In this document: positions 1 to 13,109 of the stretch, one piece after another
Layout of the letters: each line of letters begins with the position of its first letter
Position numbering within the stretch: the first letter of the stretch is position 1
Source of the DNA: Arenicellales bacterium
GTDB lineage: Bacteria > Pseudomonadota > Gammaproteobacteria > Arenicellales > UBA868
Reading direction: 5' to 3'
DNA: 64,000 bases
Assembly: GCA_030754035.1 (NCBI GenBank)
Contig: JASMBC010000001.1
Span: 117,650-181,649, forward strand
Made by a program: the position numbers and the translations under genes
The notes under the pieces: model-generated
The model's input: only the letters and a program-made list of their open reading frames with translations
Told to the model about the DNA's origin: nothing
The model's database searches: none

Positions 1-2
1 CC

Positions 3-569
3 AGCCCGGAAGGCTATCGCAAGGCGCAAAGGTTGATGACGTTGGCAGAGCGCTACCGTCTGCCGCTGATTACGCTAATCGATACGCCGGGGGCTTATCC
101 GGGTATCGGTGCTGAGGAACGAGGCCAGAGTGAAGCAATCGCCCGCAGTATTGCGGTTATGGCCGAACTCAAGGTGCCAGTAATCTCAATCGTAATAGGC
201 GAGGGTGGCTCCGGCGGGGCGCTCGCTATTGGAGTTTGCGACCGCCTAATTATGCTCGAGTACGCGACTTATTCAGTGATTTCGCCAGAAGGTTGCGCCG
301 CCATCCTTTGGAAAAGCGCGGACAAGGCCGCAGCAGCAGCGGAAGCCATGAAACTGACTTCAGCCAGTCTGAAGGAGAAAGGTTTGGTAGACGAGGTCGT
401 CGTTGAACCGTTGGGCGGTGCCCACCGGAATCCTGACAAGGCGGCACAGGCCCTAGCCGATTCGATTCGGCAACATCTTGCAGATATTGAGTTAGCTGGG
501 GTGGACGATATTTTGAGGCAGCGTTATCGACGTTTGCAGTCTTTCGGGGAATTCGAGGAGAAGCTCTGA
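3..569 (+). CDS. accA: acetyl-CoA carboxylase carboxyltransferase alpha subunit (5'-truncated by window edge)
   Basis: The frame is open from the window edge. The translation [46 protein letters not shown] matches the AccA core. Stop TGA is at 567-569. Confidence 0.9.
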   Translation, partial: SPEGYRKAQRLMTLAERYRLPLITLIDTPGAYPGIGAEERGQSEAIARSIAVMAELKVPVISIVIGEGGSGGALAIGVCDRLIMLEYATYSVISPEGCAAILWKSADKAAAAAEAMKLTSASLKEKGLVDEVVVEPLGGAHRNPDKAAQALADSIRQHLADIELAGVDDILRQRYRRLQSFGEFEEKL

Positions 570-576
570 CGCCGGG

Positions 577-1944
577 ATGACCAGCTTCGACCGGTTTTCC
601 GTTGACCAAGCGCTTGCGCAAGTAGTGCGCAGGTACTGCCAGCATCGCCTCAAACTTGCATTCAGTGGCGGGTTGGATTCAACCGTTTTATTGTCGGGGC
701 TTGCGGCTCAGCGCCAGCAGCATGACTTCGAGTTAATTGCACTGCATGTCAATCATGGCTGGACGGATAGCGCGGTTGGATGGGAGGCTCACTGCCGGGC
801 GTTTTGTCAAAGTCTCGGGGTGCCGTTTGTCTCAGTTCATTTTGGTGATCAACGAACTGTGACATTAAACCGCGAAGAAGTCGCAAGACGACGGCGTCTT
901 AGGTGGTTCTGCTCACAACTGGAGCAAGGAGATATCCTCCTAACGGCCCACCACCGGGACGACCAGGCTGAGACGATTCTTTACCGCTTGCTTCGCGGCG
1001 CCGGTGTGCGAGGCCTCGGGGCAATGGCAGTAGAGACCAGATTGGGCAAGGCCCGGGTTGTGCGCCCACTGATCGATCTATCGCGGGACGAAATTGCTGC
1101 TTATGCTGCTGCCCGGGGGCTGTCTTTCATAGAGGACCCGAGTAATCAAGATACTGGATTGGATCGCAATTACATTCGACATACCGTGATGCCGCTTCTT
1201 GAGCAGCGCTGGCCTGGGGCCACCACCACTCTTGCTCGAGCGGCCGGACACCTGCGCCAGGCGCAGTCGTTGCTGGCCGAGGTTGGGAGCGAGGATCTGG
1301 CACGCTGTGGCCGACCGGTCGTTGGCAATGTCTTTAAGGTCCTCGGGAGTTTGGGGATTCCACAGTTACGAGACTTCAGTAAAGCGCGGCAGGCTAATCT
1401 GTTGCGGCACTGGATCATGGGCGCTGACCTTTTGTTGCCAAGTAAAGCGGCGCTGGAAGAGTTGTTGCGCCAGTTGGCGGTGACTGGGCCAGATACGGCC
1501 GCAGCACTATGCTGGGGAGCCGCTGAAATCCGCCAATATCGCGATCTTTTGTACCTGTTGCCACCTCAGGCGCTTCAGGCCAGCCCAATAGGTCGATCCT
1601 GGGATCCTAGCGAAGATGCTTTAGTGCCAGAAACCGGAGTGCGGGTCCACGCCCGAACGCGCATGGGGCAGGGGTTGAAATTAAGCATGTTGGAAGAGAA
1701 AGCGCTGGAGCTTAGATGGGTTCGAGGCCAGGCAACTATTCGCCCTGGGCCTGGCCGGTCACGGCGCAGTGTCAAGAACCTGCTTCAAGAAGCCGCTGTG
1801 CCCCCGTGGGAACGGTGGCGTTTGCCATTGGTCTATCACCACGGGCAACTGGTGTGCGTGCCGGGCGTGGCAATCGCGGCCGAGCTCTGGACAGGGAGCG
1901 ATGAGCCGGGGCTAGAGATATTGGTAACAGACTTGGCCTGCTAG
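577..1944 (+). CDS. tilS: tRNA(Ile)-lysidine synthase
   Basis: It has the PP-loop motif FSGGLDSTVLL and HHRDDQAETILYRLLRG. It is 455 aa and sits directly after accA, as in many gammaproteobacteria. Confidence 0.85.
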   Translation: MTSFDRFSVDQALAQVVRRYCQHRLKLAFSGGLDSTVLLSGLAAQRQQHDFELIALHVNHGWTDSAVGWEAHCRAFCQSLGVPFVSVHFGDQRTVTLNREEVARRRRLRWFCSQLEQGDILLTAHHRDDQAETILYRLLRGAGVRGLGAMAVETRLGKARVVRPLIDLSRDEIAAYAAARGLSFIEDPSNQDTGLDRNYIRHTVMPLLEQRWPGATTTLARAAGHLRQAQSLLAEVGSEDLARCGRPVVGNVFKVLGSLGIPQLRDFSKARQANLLRHWIMGADLLLPSKAALEELLRQLAVTGPDTAAALCWGAAEIRQYRDLLYLLPPQALQASPIGRSWDPSEDALVPETGVRVHARTRMGQGLKLSMLEEKALELRWVRGQATIRPGPGRSRRSVKNLLQEAAVPPWERWRLPLVYHHGQLVCVPGVAIAAELWTGSDEPGLEILVTDLAC

Positions 1945-2010
1945 TTCGGTTGTTTGCGCCGGTTCATGGGTCAAACTTATTGTCGTGAGCGGCTGTCTCT
2001 GTTACCCTAA

Positions 2011-4607
<2,597 letters not shown>

Positions 4608-4676
4608 CCGGGTCAGCGAGTGGATTTCTGGATTGTTCTTTTCTATTTATAGCACTGCGAGTGTTGAGTCTATTGA

Positions 4677-5993
<1,317 letters not shown>

Positions 5994-6025
5994 TACTTCA
6001 GATATCGCCTTAGGGCGGAAACACG

Positions 6026-6316
6026 ATGCAGCGGAAAATTATCCTGGGTCTACTGGTATTGCTGGTGTTGATTCTGCAATACGCTTTTTGGGGCGGCAGG
6101 AACAACGTGATTGATTTGGTTTACCTGCAGCAAACTCTGGCTGAACTCAATATGCGGAACCAGGCACTGCGGTTGCGTAATGACCGGCTTCACATTGACG
6201 TTAACGATATTAAGAATCGGTTAAGCGCCATTGAAGCACGGGCCCGGTCAGAGCTCGGTCTGATCAAGCCGGGCGAGACCTACTACCAGATCGTGAGCCC
6301 GGACGTACGGGACTAG
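6026..6316 (+). CDS. ftsB: cell division protein FtsB (septum formation initiator)
   Basis: It is 96 aa with an N-terminal TM helix (ILGLLVLLVLILQYAFW) followed by a coiled-coil. It occupies the conserved position after eno. Confidence 0.8.
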   Translation: MQRKIILGLLVLLVLILQYAFWGGRNNVIDLVYLQQTLAELNMRNQALRLRNDRLHIDVNDIKNRLSAIEARARSELGLIKPGETYYQIVSPDVRD

Positions 6317-7341
6317 ACAGGCCCAGCTGAACTAAGCGGAGTAGCCGCGCTGGCCGTGGACAGGGTATAAGGCAAGGATTGCTCTCGCAGCACCGGACCT
6401 GATGGGTTGAACAAGCGTGCGGTATCTGTGCCGAGCGTGGCCACGGGAACGACGGCGAGAAGTTCCCAGGCCGTGCCATCATTGCAGCATACGGCACTGA
6501 CAACTACACCGGGTTTTTGTTCATCGTTAGCTAGGAAGGAGACTGGTGCCGCGACCGACACCATGTCCGCGGTTGTGACGGTGGCCCGGATCATGCGTGT
6601 TTTCAGTCGACCGAGGTAACGTACTCGGGCGACGATTTCCTGGCCTGGATAGCAGCCTTTGTTGAAACTGACACCACCAATAAGGTCGAGGTTGACCGCC
6701 TGGGGGATAAATAGTTCGCTGGTCGCATCAACAATGATGGGGAGCCCGTGACGGATGGCGAGGAGGTCAAACTGGCATGGGCCGCATTTAGTGAGCGAAG
6801 AGCTTTCCAGCATTTGCCACAGGCTGACCAATTCGATAAGCGGGGCTATTCGCAGTTGGTAACGTGGCACACCGGGCCATGCCGCTATAAGACCGGTAGC
6901 TGAAGCGTGTTCAGCCGTAGCTTCATGTGTGGCAGCTTCCTTACCGAGCAGCAATACTCCCCAGTCGGGTAAGGGAGTCAGCGACACCTCGGCCCGTAGG
7001 AGGTACAGTTGCAGGCGCGCGTTGATGGCATCGGCAATGGTCGCGTCGGTTAGCAGCAGGAAATCTGTCACCCGGCGAAACACCAGAAAAATACCGAGCA
7101 GGCGCCCCTTGGGCGTGCAATAACCGGTGATCGCACCTTCGCCCGGCTCGAGTTGAGCGAGGTCTGCGGTAAACTGTCTCTGCAGGAAGTCCGGTGCATC
7201 TTTTCCGCTGCAGAGGATTACCCGCAAATGTGTACAGGGAGCGACAATTGCCGTGCTCTTGGCAACGAAGTCAATTCCCAGAGTTGCCGCTGTCTTTGAC
7301 CAGATGGATTCAAGGGCAGTTGGCGATAGAGAATCGTTCAT
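6313..7341 (-). CDS. ygfZ: folate-binding Fe-S maturation protein YgfZ (GcvT-like)
   Basis: It has the YgfZ signature FNKGCYPGQEIVARVRYLGRLK. I set the start to ATG 7341 (MNDSLSP...); the track ORF extends to a GTG at 7464 across a palindrome and likely promoter region. Confidence 0.75.
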   Translation of the reverse strand: MNDSLSPTALESIWSKTAATLGIDFVAKSTAIVAPCTHLRVILCSGKDAPDFLQRQFTADLAQLEPGEGAITGYCTPKGRLLGIFLVFRRVTDFLLLTDATIADAINARLQLYLLRAEVSLTPLPDWGVLLLGKEAATHEATAEHASATGLIAAWPGVPRYQLRIAPLIELVSLWQMLESSSLTKCGPCQFDLLAIRHGLPIIVDATSELFIPQAVNLDLIGGVSFNKGCYPGQEIVARVRYLGRLKTRMIRATVTTADMVSVAAPVSFLANDEQKPGVVVSAVCCNDGTAWELLAVVPVATLGTDTARLFNPSGPVLREQSLPYTLSTASAATPLSSAGPV

Positions 7342-7442
7342 CGGGTGATGGTTCAGTTTGGCGTTGCAGGGTACTGGCGTTCGCGGTGAGAAAGGTCCAG
7401 TAACAACTTGCAATTCTAACGATAACCGGGCGACAATCGGTA

Positions 7443-7457
7443 TTGTGCATTGCACAA
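7443..7457. promoter_or_regulatory. perfect 7+1+7 palindrome TTGTGCA-T-TGCACAA in the ygfZ/sdhC divergent spacer (candidate operator)
   Basis: I read it directly from the sequence. It lies about 100 nt upstream of the ygfZ ATG and about 165 nt upstream of sdhC. Confidence 0.3.
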
Positions 7458-7619
7458 ATAACACCAGAGCAGGATGAAAAAAGCACTAAAAAAACAAAAT
7501 CCTGGGCAAGAGTCCAAAAAGGTGTCCTCCCCTGCTGCAGCCCGGCGGCCGCGGGCGCCCAGTCACCATCAAAAAGAGATAAACGGGCCAAAGGGACCGA
7601 ATCCTACCCGTTATGGTGA

Positions 7620-8033
7620 TTGGGAGCGCAAGGGCCGGTGCGTAGATTTTTAGCAGTGCCTGCGACTCGACCCCGACCCCTGTCGCCGCACCTGCAGATT
7701 TATCGGCCGCAATTGACGTCGGTACTTTCAATTTTTCACCGCGCAACGGGATTGTTGCTAGTGCCAGGAACGCTACTTTTGTCGTTGTGGGTGATTCTGT
7801 TGGCCCTTGGTGAGGGTAGTTTTTCCTGTATCAGTCTCTTCGTTGAGCACCTGATTGGGCGATTGCTGTTGCTGGCATGGCTGTTCAGCCTCTATTACCA
7901 CCTTTGCAACGGTATCCGGCATCTGGCTTGGGACCTTGGCTATGGTTATGCAATTGGTGTGGTCTATCGTTCGGGCTTCGTTGTAGTAGTGACGGCTTTG
8001 GGATTGACGCTGGCAACGGCTTTTTGGGCATAG
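7620..8033 (+). CDS. sdhC: succinate dehydrogenase cytochrome b556 subunit
   Basis: It has the motif RPLSPHLQIYRPQLTSVLSIFHRATG, three hydrophobic helices, and is the first gene of sdhCDAB. The start is uncertain: TTG 7620, GTG 7638 or GTG 7656. Confidence 0.8.
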   Translation: MGAQGPVRRFLAVPATRPRPLSPHLQIYRPQLTSVLSIFHRATGLLLVPGTLLLSLWVILLALGEGSFSCISLFVEHLIGRLLLLAWLFSLYYHLCNGIRHLAWDLGYGYAIGVVYRSGFVVVVTALGLTLATAFWA

Positions 8034-8071
8034 TAAAGGGGCTTTTGTATAGTCGCTTAAAGGCGCCACTA

Positions 8072-8422
8072 ATGACGACGGAATCAACAGAAGCTAAGCA
8101 TTCAGGGGTAGTCCATTGGCGCTGGCAACGCTTAAGCGGTGTATTGCTGCTGCCCGTCGCGCTGTTGTTGGTATTCGAACTTGCCGGGATTCTTGGCGCG
8201 GACTATTCCACCGCCAGCGCCTGGGCAGGCAAGCCACTGTCGAAATTACTGTTGGTAGCGGGATTTCCGCTGCTGTACCTACACGGCGCACTCGGAGTAC
8301 AGGTTGTAATTGAAGACTATGTTGGCGAGCCGGCAAGTACCCGACTGATTAAGGGCACTCGGGTACTTGCCGCTACCGCTGCGATTGTGTCGGTCTTGGC
8401 TGTGTTTTTCGCTGGTGGATAG
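8072..8422 (+). CDS. sdhD: succinate dehydrogenase hydrophobic membrane anchor subunit
   Basis: It is 116 aa with VHWRWQRLSGVLLLP and three TM helices. I chose ATG 8072; the track ORF from 7877 runs back over sdhC in another frame. Confidence 0.75.
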   Translation: MTTESTEAKHSGVVHWRWQRLSGVLLLPVALLLVFELAGILGADYSTASAWAGKPLSKLLLVAGFPLLYLHGALGVQVVIEDYVGEPASTRLIKGTRVLAATAAIVSVLAVFFAGG

Positions 8423-8428
8423 ATACCA

Positions 8429-10216
8429 ATGAACGTTTCCGGATATACGATAGTTGATCACGCGTACGACGTAGTTGTGGTTGGTGCCGGAGGCGCAGGG
8501 TTACGGGCTTGTCTGGGTTTGGCTGAGGCCGGCTTACGGACCGCATGCATCAGTAAGGTTTTTCCGACCCGCTCCCACACGGTCGCGGCTCAAGGGGGAA
8601 TGAGCGCGGCGCTGGGCAACATGGGTGAGGATGATTGGCGCTGGCATATGTATGACACCGTCAAGGGTTCTGACTGGCTCGGAGACCAGGACTCTATTGC
8701 CTACATGTGTCGCGAAGCACCGGCGGCGGTCATTGAACTCGAGCATTACGGTGTACCGTTCTCACGAACCGAGGAGGGCAGGATTTACCAGCGGGCGTTT
8801 GGAGGTATGACTACACACTATGGTCAGGGACAAGCCCAGCGTACTTGCGCCGCCGCCGACCGAACTGGCCACGCCATTTTGCATACGCTGTACCAGCAAT
8901 CGTTGCGGCACCAGGCTGATTTTTTCATCGAGTACTTCGCGCTGGATCTGGTGATGAGTGGCAGCGAATGTCAGGGCGTGGTTGCCTGGTGCCTGGATAC
9001 CGGAGAGATTCACGTATTCTCGGCTAAGGTCGTCATCCTGGCGACCGGGGGTTACGGGCGTGCCTATTTTTCCGCCACTTCTGCCCATACCTGTACCGGC
9101 GATGGCAACGCCATGGTATTGCGGGCCGGCCTACCGTTGCAGGACATGGAATTCGTCCAGTTCCATCCGACCGGAATCTACGGCTCGGGCTGCCTGATTA
9201 CCGAGGGCGCCCGGGGTGAGGGCGGTTTTCTCACCAACCGAGACGGTGAGCGATTTATGGAGCGTTATGCACCTAACGCGAAAGACCTAGCGTCCCGCGA
9301 CGTGGTCAGCCGGTCGATGACCATGGAAATCCGGGCCGGTCGGGGGCTCGGGTCAGAGCGCGATCATATTAACCTGCACCTGGAACACCTCGGAGCTGAA
9401 GTTCTGGCGGAGCGCTTGCCGGGCATCTCTGAAACCGCCAAGGTATTTGCCGGTGTTGATGTGACTCGTCAACCGATACCAGTACTACCGACTGTGCATT
9501 ACAACATGGGCGGAATTCCGACTAACTATCACGGTGAATGTCTGGAACAACATGGCGATGGCTGTGATCGAATCGTGCCGGGGCTAATGGCAATAGGGGA
9601 GGCAGCCTGCGTGTCGGTGCATGGCGCCAATCGGCTGGGCTCAAACTCTCTGCTCGACCTTATCGTCTTCGGTCGCGCTGCAGCCCAGCGTGCCTGTGAG
9701 TTACTGGCGGAAGGCGCGGTAAGTTCGGAGATTAACCGTGCCGACATTGAGCCAGCACTGAGCCGGCTTGATCGTTTGCGCCATGCCGATGGCGGTAGCA
9801 GTACTGCAAGCATCCGCCTTGAGATGCAAAGAACCATGCAGGACAACTGTGCTGTATTCCGCACTCGCGAGGTACTCGACCAGGGTGTAGCAGGAATCAG
9901 CGCCGTCCAGCAGCGTTTTACCGATGTATGCACCCGCGATCGGACTCTGGTCTGGAACACCGATCTGCTTGAAACCTTGGAACTCGATAACCTGCTGGGT
10001 CAGGCTCGGGTTACCGTAGAGGCTGCACGGCAGCGGGAGGAGAGTCGGGGCGCTCACGCCCGAGAGGATTTTCCCGAGCGAGACGACGAAAACTGGCTTA
10101 AACACACGCTTGCGTATCTCGATGGTGATGGTGTGCGCCTAGCATATCGCGCAGTGACGCTGGAAACAGGCACCACAGAGGTTGACTCTGTGCCGCCCAA
10201 GGCCAGGGTGTACTGA
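8429..10216 (+). CDS. sdhA: succinate dehydrogenase flavoprotein subunit
   Basis: It has the FAD motif [13 protein letters not shown], the covalent-FAD His context [10 protein letters not shown], and [14 protein letters not shown]. Length is 595 aa. Confidence 0.97.
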   Translation: MNVSGYTIVDHAYDVVVVGAGGAGLRACLGLAEAGLRTACISKVFPTRSHTVAAQGGMSAALGNMGEDDWRWHMYDTVKGSDWLGDQDSIAYMCREAPAAVIELEHYGVPFSRTEEGRIYQRAFGGMTTHYGQGQAQRTCAAADRTGHAILHTLYQQSLRHQADFFIEYFALDLVMSGSECQGVVAWCLDTGEIHVFSAKVVILATGGYGRAYFSATSAHTCTGDGNAMVLRAGLPLQDMEFVQFHPTGIYGSGCLITEGARGEGGFLTNRDGERFMERYAPNAKDLASRDVVSRSMTMEIRAGRGLGSERDHINLHLEHLGAEVLAERLPGISETAKVFAGVDVTRQPIPVLPTVHYNMGGIPTNYHGECLEQHGDGCDRIVPGLMAIGEAACVSVHGANRLGSNSLLDLIVFGRAAAQRACELLAEGAVSSEINRADIEPALSRLDRLRHADGGSSTASIRLEMQRTMQDNCAVFRTREVLDQGVAGISAVQQRFTDVCTRDRTLVWNTDLLETLELDNLLGQARVTVEAARQREESRGAHAREDFPERDDENWLKHTLAYLDGDGVRLAYRAVTLETGTTEVDSVPPKARVY

Positions 10217-10228
10217 AGGAAGAAAACC

Positions 10229-11011
10229 ATGGTCCAGTTTACATTGCCCGTTAACTCCAAGGTCAAAAAAGGTATAACCCATAACACCGCGACTGTTGGG
10301 CGCAATATTAGAACTTTTGAGATTTATCGCTGGAATCCGGATGACGGGGACAACCCACGACTAGACAGTTACCTGGTTGATCTGGACCAGTGTGGCCCGA
10401 TGGTCTTGGATGCTCTGTTAAAAATTAAAAATGAGATCGATTCGACTCTGACGTTCCGTCGCTCCTGCCGGGAAGGAATCTGTGGGTCCTGTGCCATGAA
10501 CATCAACGGTGTAAACGATTTGGCCTGTACCCAGAATATCAGTGATCTCCCAAGCAGGGTGCGTATCTACCCGCTGCCACATATGCTCGTTGTCAAAGAC
10601 CTGGTGCCAGATATGAGCCACTTCTTTGAGCAGCATGCTAAGGTTGAGCCGTGGCTGAAAGCGGCGACCGCTCCAGTTGAGGGGGAGCGTACACAGTCGG
10701 AAGAACAGCGTGCGCGCCTCGATGGGCTTTACGAATGTATCCTCTGTGCCTGCTGCTCAACCAGTTGCCCGAGTTACTGGTGGAATACAGAACGCTACCT
10801 CGGACCGGCCAGCCTGTTGCAGGCTTATCGCTGGATTGCGGATAGCCGGGATCAAGCCACCGGCGAGCGCCTGGATCAACTCGATGACGCCTTCAAGCTG
10901 TATCGTTGTCACACTATCATGAACTGCACTAATGCCTGCCCCAAGGGGCTCAACCCCGGACGGGCGATTGGTGAGATCAAAAAACGGCTCGCACGGCGGA
11001 GTCGTAAGTGA
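10229..11011 (+). CDS. sdhB: succinate dehydrogenase iron-sulfur subunit
   Basis: It has three Cys clusters: [23 protein letters not shown] and [12 protein letters not shown]. Confidence 0.95.
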   Translation: MVQFTLPVNSKVKKGITHNTATVGRNIRTFEIYRWNPDDGDNPRLDSYLVDLDQCGPMVLDALLKIKNEIDSTLTFRRSCREGICGSCAMNINGVNDLACTQNISDLPSRVRIYPLPHMLVVKDLVPDMSHFFEQHAKVEPWLKAATAPVEGERTQSEEQRARLDGLYECILCACCSTSCPSYWWNTERYLGPASLLQAYRWIADSRDQATGERLDQLDDAFKLYRCHTIMNCTNACPKGLNPGRAIGEIKKRLARRSRK

Positions 11012-11289
11012 TCACTGCCGCTCGCCTTGCCCGCCTAAAATGGCGTGCTCGGCGTGGGGCCCGCGAACTCGACAGTTTACTCCTCACCTTTGTTGAGGAG
11101 CAGTGGCAGAATCTTGACGATGTGGCCCTTGGCGCTCTGGAGCGGTTACTCGAGGAGCAGGATCCAGTACTGCTGGACTGGTTTTTGCAACGGCAATTGC
11201 CGGCGGACGCTGCTATTCGGCAGCTGATAGACCAGATATTAAAATACACCTGCAGGCGCCGACAGGGCGTGGCCGGCGTTGGGCGCTAG
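11008..11289 (+). CDS. sdhE: FAD assembly factor SdhE (DUF339)
   Basis: It is 93 aa with [14 protein letters not shown] (RGxxE motif). The GTG start overlaps the sdhB stop (GTGA), so it is the last gene of the sdh operon. Confidence 0.8.
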   Translation: MITAARLARLKWRARRGARELDSLLLTFVEEQWQNLDDVALGALERLLEEQDPVLLDWFLQRQLPADAAIRQLIDQILKYTCRRRQGVAGVGR

Positions 11290-12893
11290 TCTGCCAGGGG
11301 ATCGAGCACGGTATCCTGGGCCGAGGCCTGGTCACTGGCTGGATAATCGAGGGTATAGTGCAAGCCGCGGCTTTCCTTGCGCTGTGCCGCACAGCGAACG
11401 ATGAGTTCCGCAACCAGTACCAGGTTGCGCAATTCCAAGAGGTCGGCGTTAACCCTGAAATTGCTGTAAAAATCTCGAATCTCTTCGCCCAGCAGATGTA
11501 GGCGGTTTGCTGCACGTTGCAGTCTGCGGGAGGTGCGAACAATACCCACATAATCCCACATGAAGCGGCGCAACTCATCCCAGTTGTGCGATATCACCAC
11601 CAGTTCGTCGGGGTCGGTAACCTGGCTCTCGTCCCAATCCGGCAGGGTATCGCTGCTTCGTTCCTGTGTGTCGAGCAACCTGGTGATGCTGTCTGCGGCC
11701 CGCTCAGCAAAGACCACGCACTCGAGCAACGAATTACTCGCCAGCCGGTTGGCGCCGTGCAGGCCGGTAAATGTGGTTTCGCCTAATGCGTATAGTGCTG
11801 TTATGTCGGTACGTCCGTGAGTATCGGTGATTACTCCGCCGCAAGTGTAGTGGGCGGCTGGCACACAAGGCACCGGCTCTTTGGCCATATCTATACCGAG
11901 TTCCAGGCAACGACGGTAAATGGTTGGAAAATGGCTGGTAATGAAATCTTTTGGTTGGTGTGAAATATCGAGATAGACACAGTCCAGGCCAGCCCGTTTC
12001 ATCTCGTAGTCGATGGCCCGGGCGACGATATCACGTGGTGCAAGTTCTGCCCGCGGGTCGTGATTTTGCATAAAGCGCGAGCCATTGGGCAGTCGCAGAA
12101 CTCCACCTTCGCCCCGGACTGACTCAGAGACAAGAAAACTCCCGGCGTGCGGATGGTATAGGCAGGTGGGATGAAACTGCACGAACTCCATGTTGGCTAC
12201 CCGGCAGCCGGCTCGCCAGGCCATGGCTACACCATCACCTGTTGAGGTGTCAGGATTACTCGTGTAAAGGTACGCCTTGGAGGCGCCACCACAGGCCAGT
12301 ACTACGGCATCAGCAGCGATAGTCTCTACAGTGCCAGTTGCGGCGTTCAACGCATAAAGCCCAAGGCAACGCTGGTTAGCCGGATCCCTCCCAGGAACCG
12401 GCCGGGTAATGAGATCGATGGCAATGAAACCCTCCAGTATCGACAAGTGCTCGGCATCCAGTACCTTGTCATTGAGGGTCTGAACCAGGGCCTGGCCGGT
12501 CGAATCAGCAACGTGAGCGACCCGGCGATGGGTATGACCGCCTTCCCGGGCCAGGTGGTAGCCGGTGCCTGTGGCGCCATCGGGGTCGAAGGCCACGCCT
12601 TCGCGGGTCAGCCAGTCTATGGCGCGGGCCGAATTCTGCACAACCAGTTGCACCACCTCCTGGTGACACAGGCCGGCGCCCGCTGTCAGGGTATCGTCGA
12701 CGTGAGATCGGGTGCTGTCGTGGGGGTCGAGCACGGCAGCAATGCCACCCTGAGCCCAGGCCGTCGACCCGGAAGCCAGTTTTGCCTTGGTCAGCAGGGC
12801 ACAACGGACGCCGGCCTGTGCCAGCCGTAAGGACAGGCTTAATCCAGCCAGTCCGCTGCCGACGATAGCTACCTGGGTATGATGATGGGGCAA
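11286..12893 (-). CDS. nadB: L-aspartate oxidase
   Basis: It has the FAD motif VAIVGSGLAGLSL, FVQFHPTC and HGANRLASNSLLE. I chose TTG 12893 because a TATAAT box lies inside the longer track ORF and no other canonical start precedes the GxGxxG motif. That gives 535 aa. Confidence 0.88.
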   Translation of the reverse strand: MPHHHTQVAIVGSGLAGLSLSLRLAQAGVRCALLTKAKLASGSTAWAQGGIAAVLDPHDSTRSHVDDTLTAGAGLCHQEVVQLVVQNSARAIDWLTREGVAFDPDGATGTGYHLAREGGHTHRRVAHVADSTGQALVQTLNDKVLDAEHLSILEGFIAIDLITRPVPGRDPANQRCLGLYALNAATGTVETIAADAVVLACGGASKAYLYTSNPDTSTGDGVAMAWRAGCRVANMEFVQFHPTCLYHPHAGSFLVSESVRGEGGVLRLPNGSRFMQNHDPRAELAPRDIVARAIDYEMKRAGLDCVYLDISHQPKDFITSHFPTIYRRCLELGIDMAKEPVPCVPAAHYTCGGVITDTHGRTDITALYALGETTFTGLHGANRLASNSLLECVVFAERAADSITRLLDTQERSSDTLPDWDESQVTDPDELVVISHNWDELRRFMWDYVGIVRTSRRLQRAANRLHLLGEEIRDFYSNFRVNADLLELRNLVLVAELIVRCAAQRKESRGLHYTLDYPASDQASAQDTVLDPLAD

Positions 12894-12930
12894 TCTACGA
12901 AAACTAGGATAACGTTTTAACCGTAACCCG

Positions 12931-12959
12931 ATTATATGTTTCTTACCCCTTATTGTTAG
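12931..12959 (-). promoter_or_regulatory. candidate sigma70 promoter of nadB (-35 CTAACA, 17 nt spacer, -10 TATAAT)
   Basis: On the minus strand I read CTAACA(12959-12954)-N17-TATAAT(12936-12931), about 38 nt upstream of the TTG start. Confidence 0.4.
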
Positions 12960-13109
12960 ATCAGGTGCCAAGGGCGTGTCGACAGGGGCCGTGCAAATGA
13001 CGTAGCCAGAGGCTAAAATCCGACCCTCTCCCGGTCGGACACCCTCATGGCCATCGCGGTTTCACTGTGTTGCGCCGGGCCCCTAATTTTGTGTCGATAA
13101 CTCTCAAGC

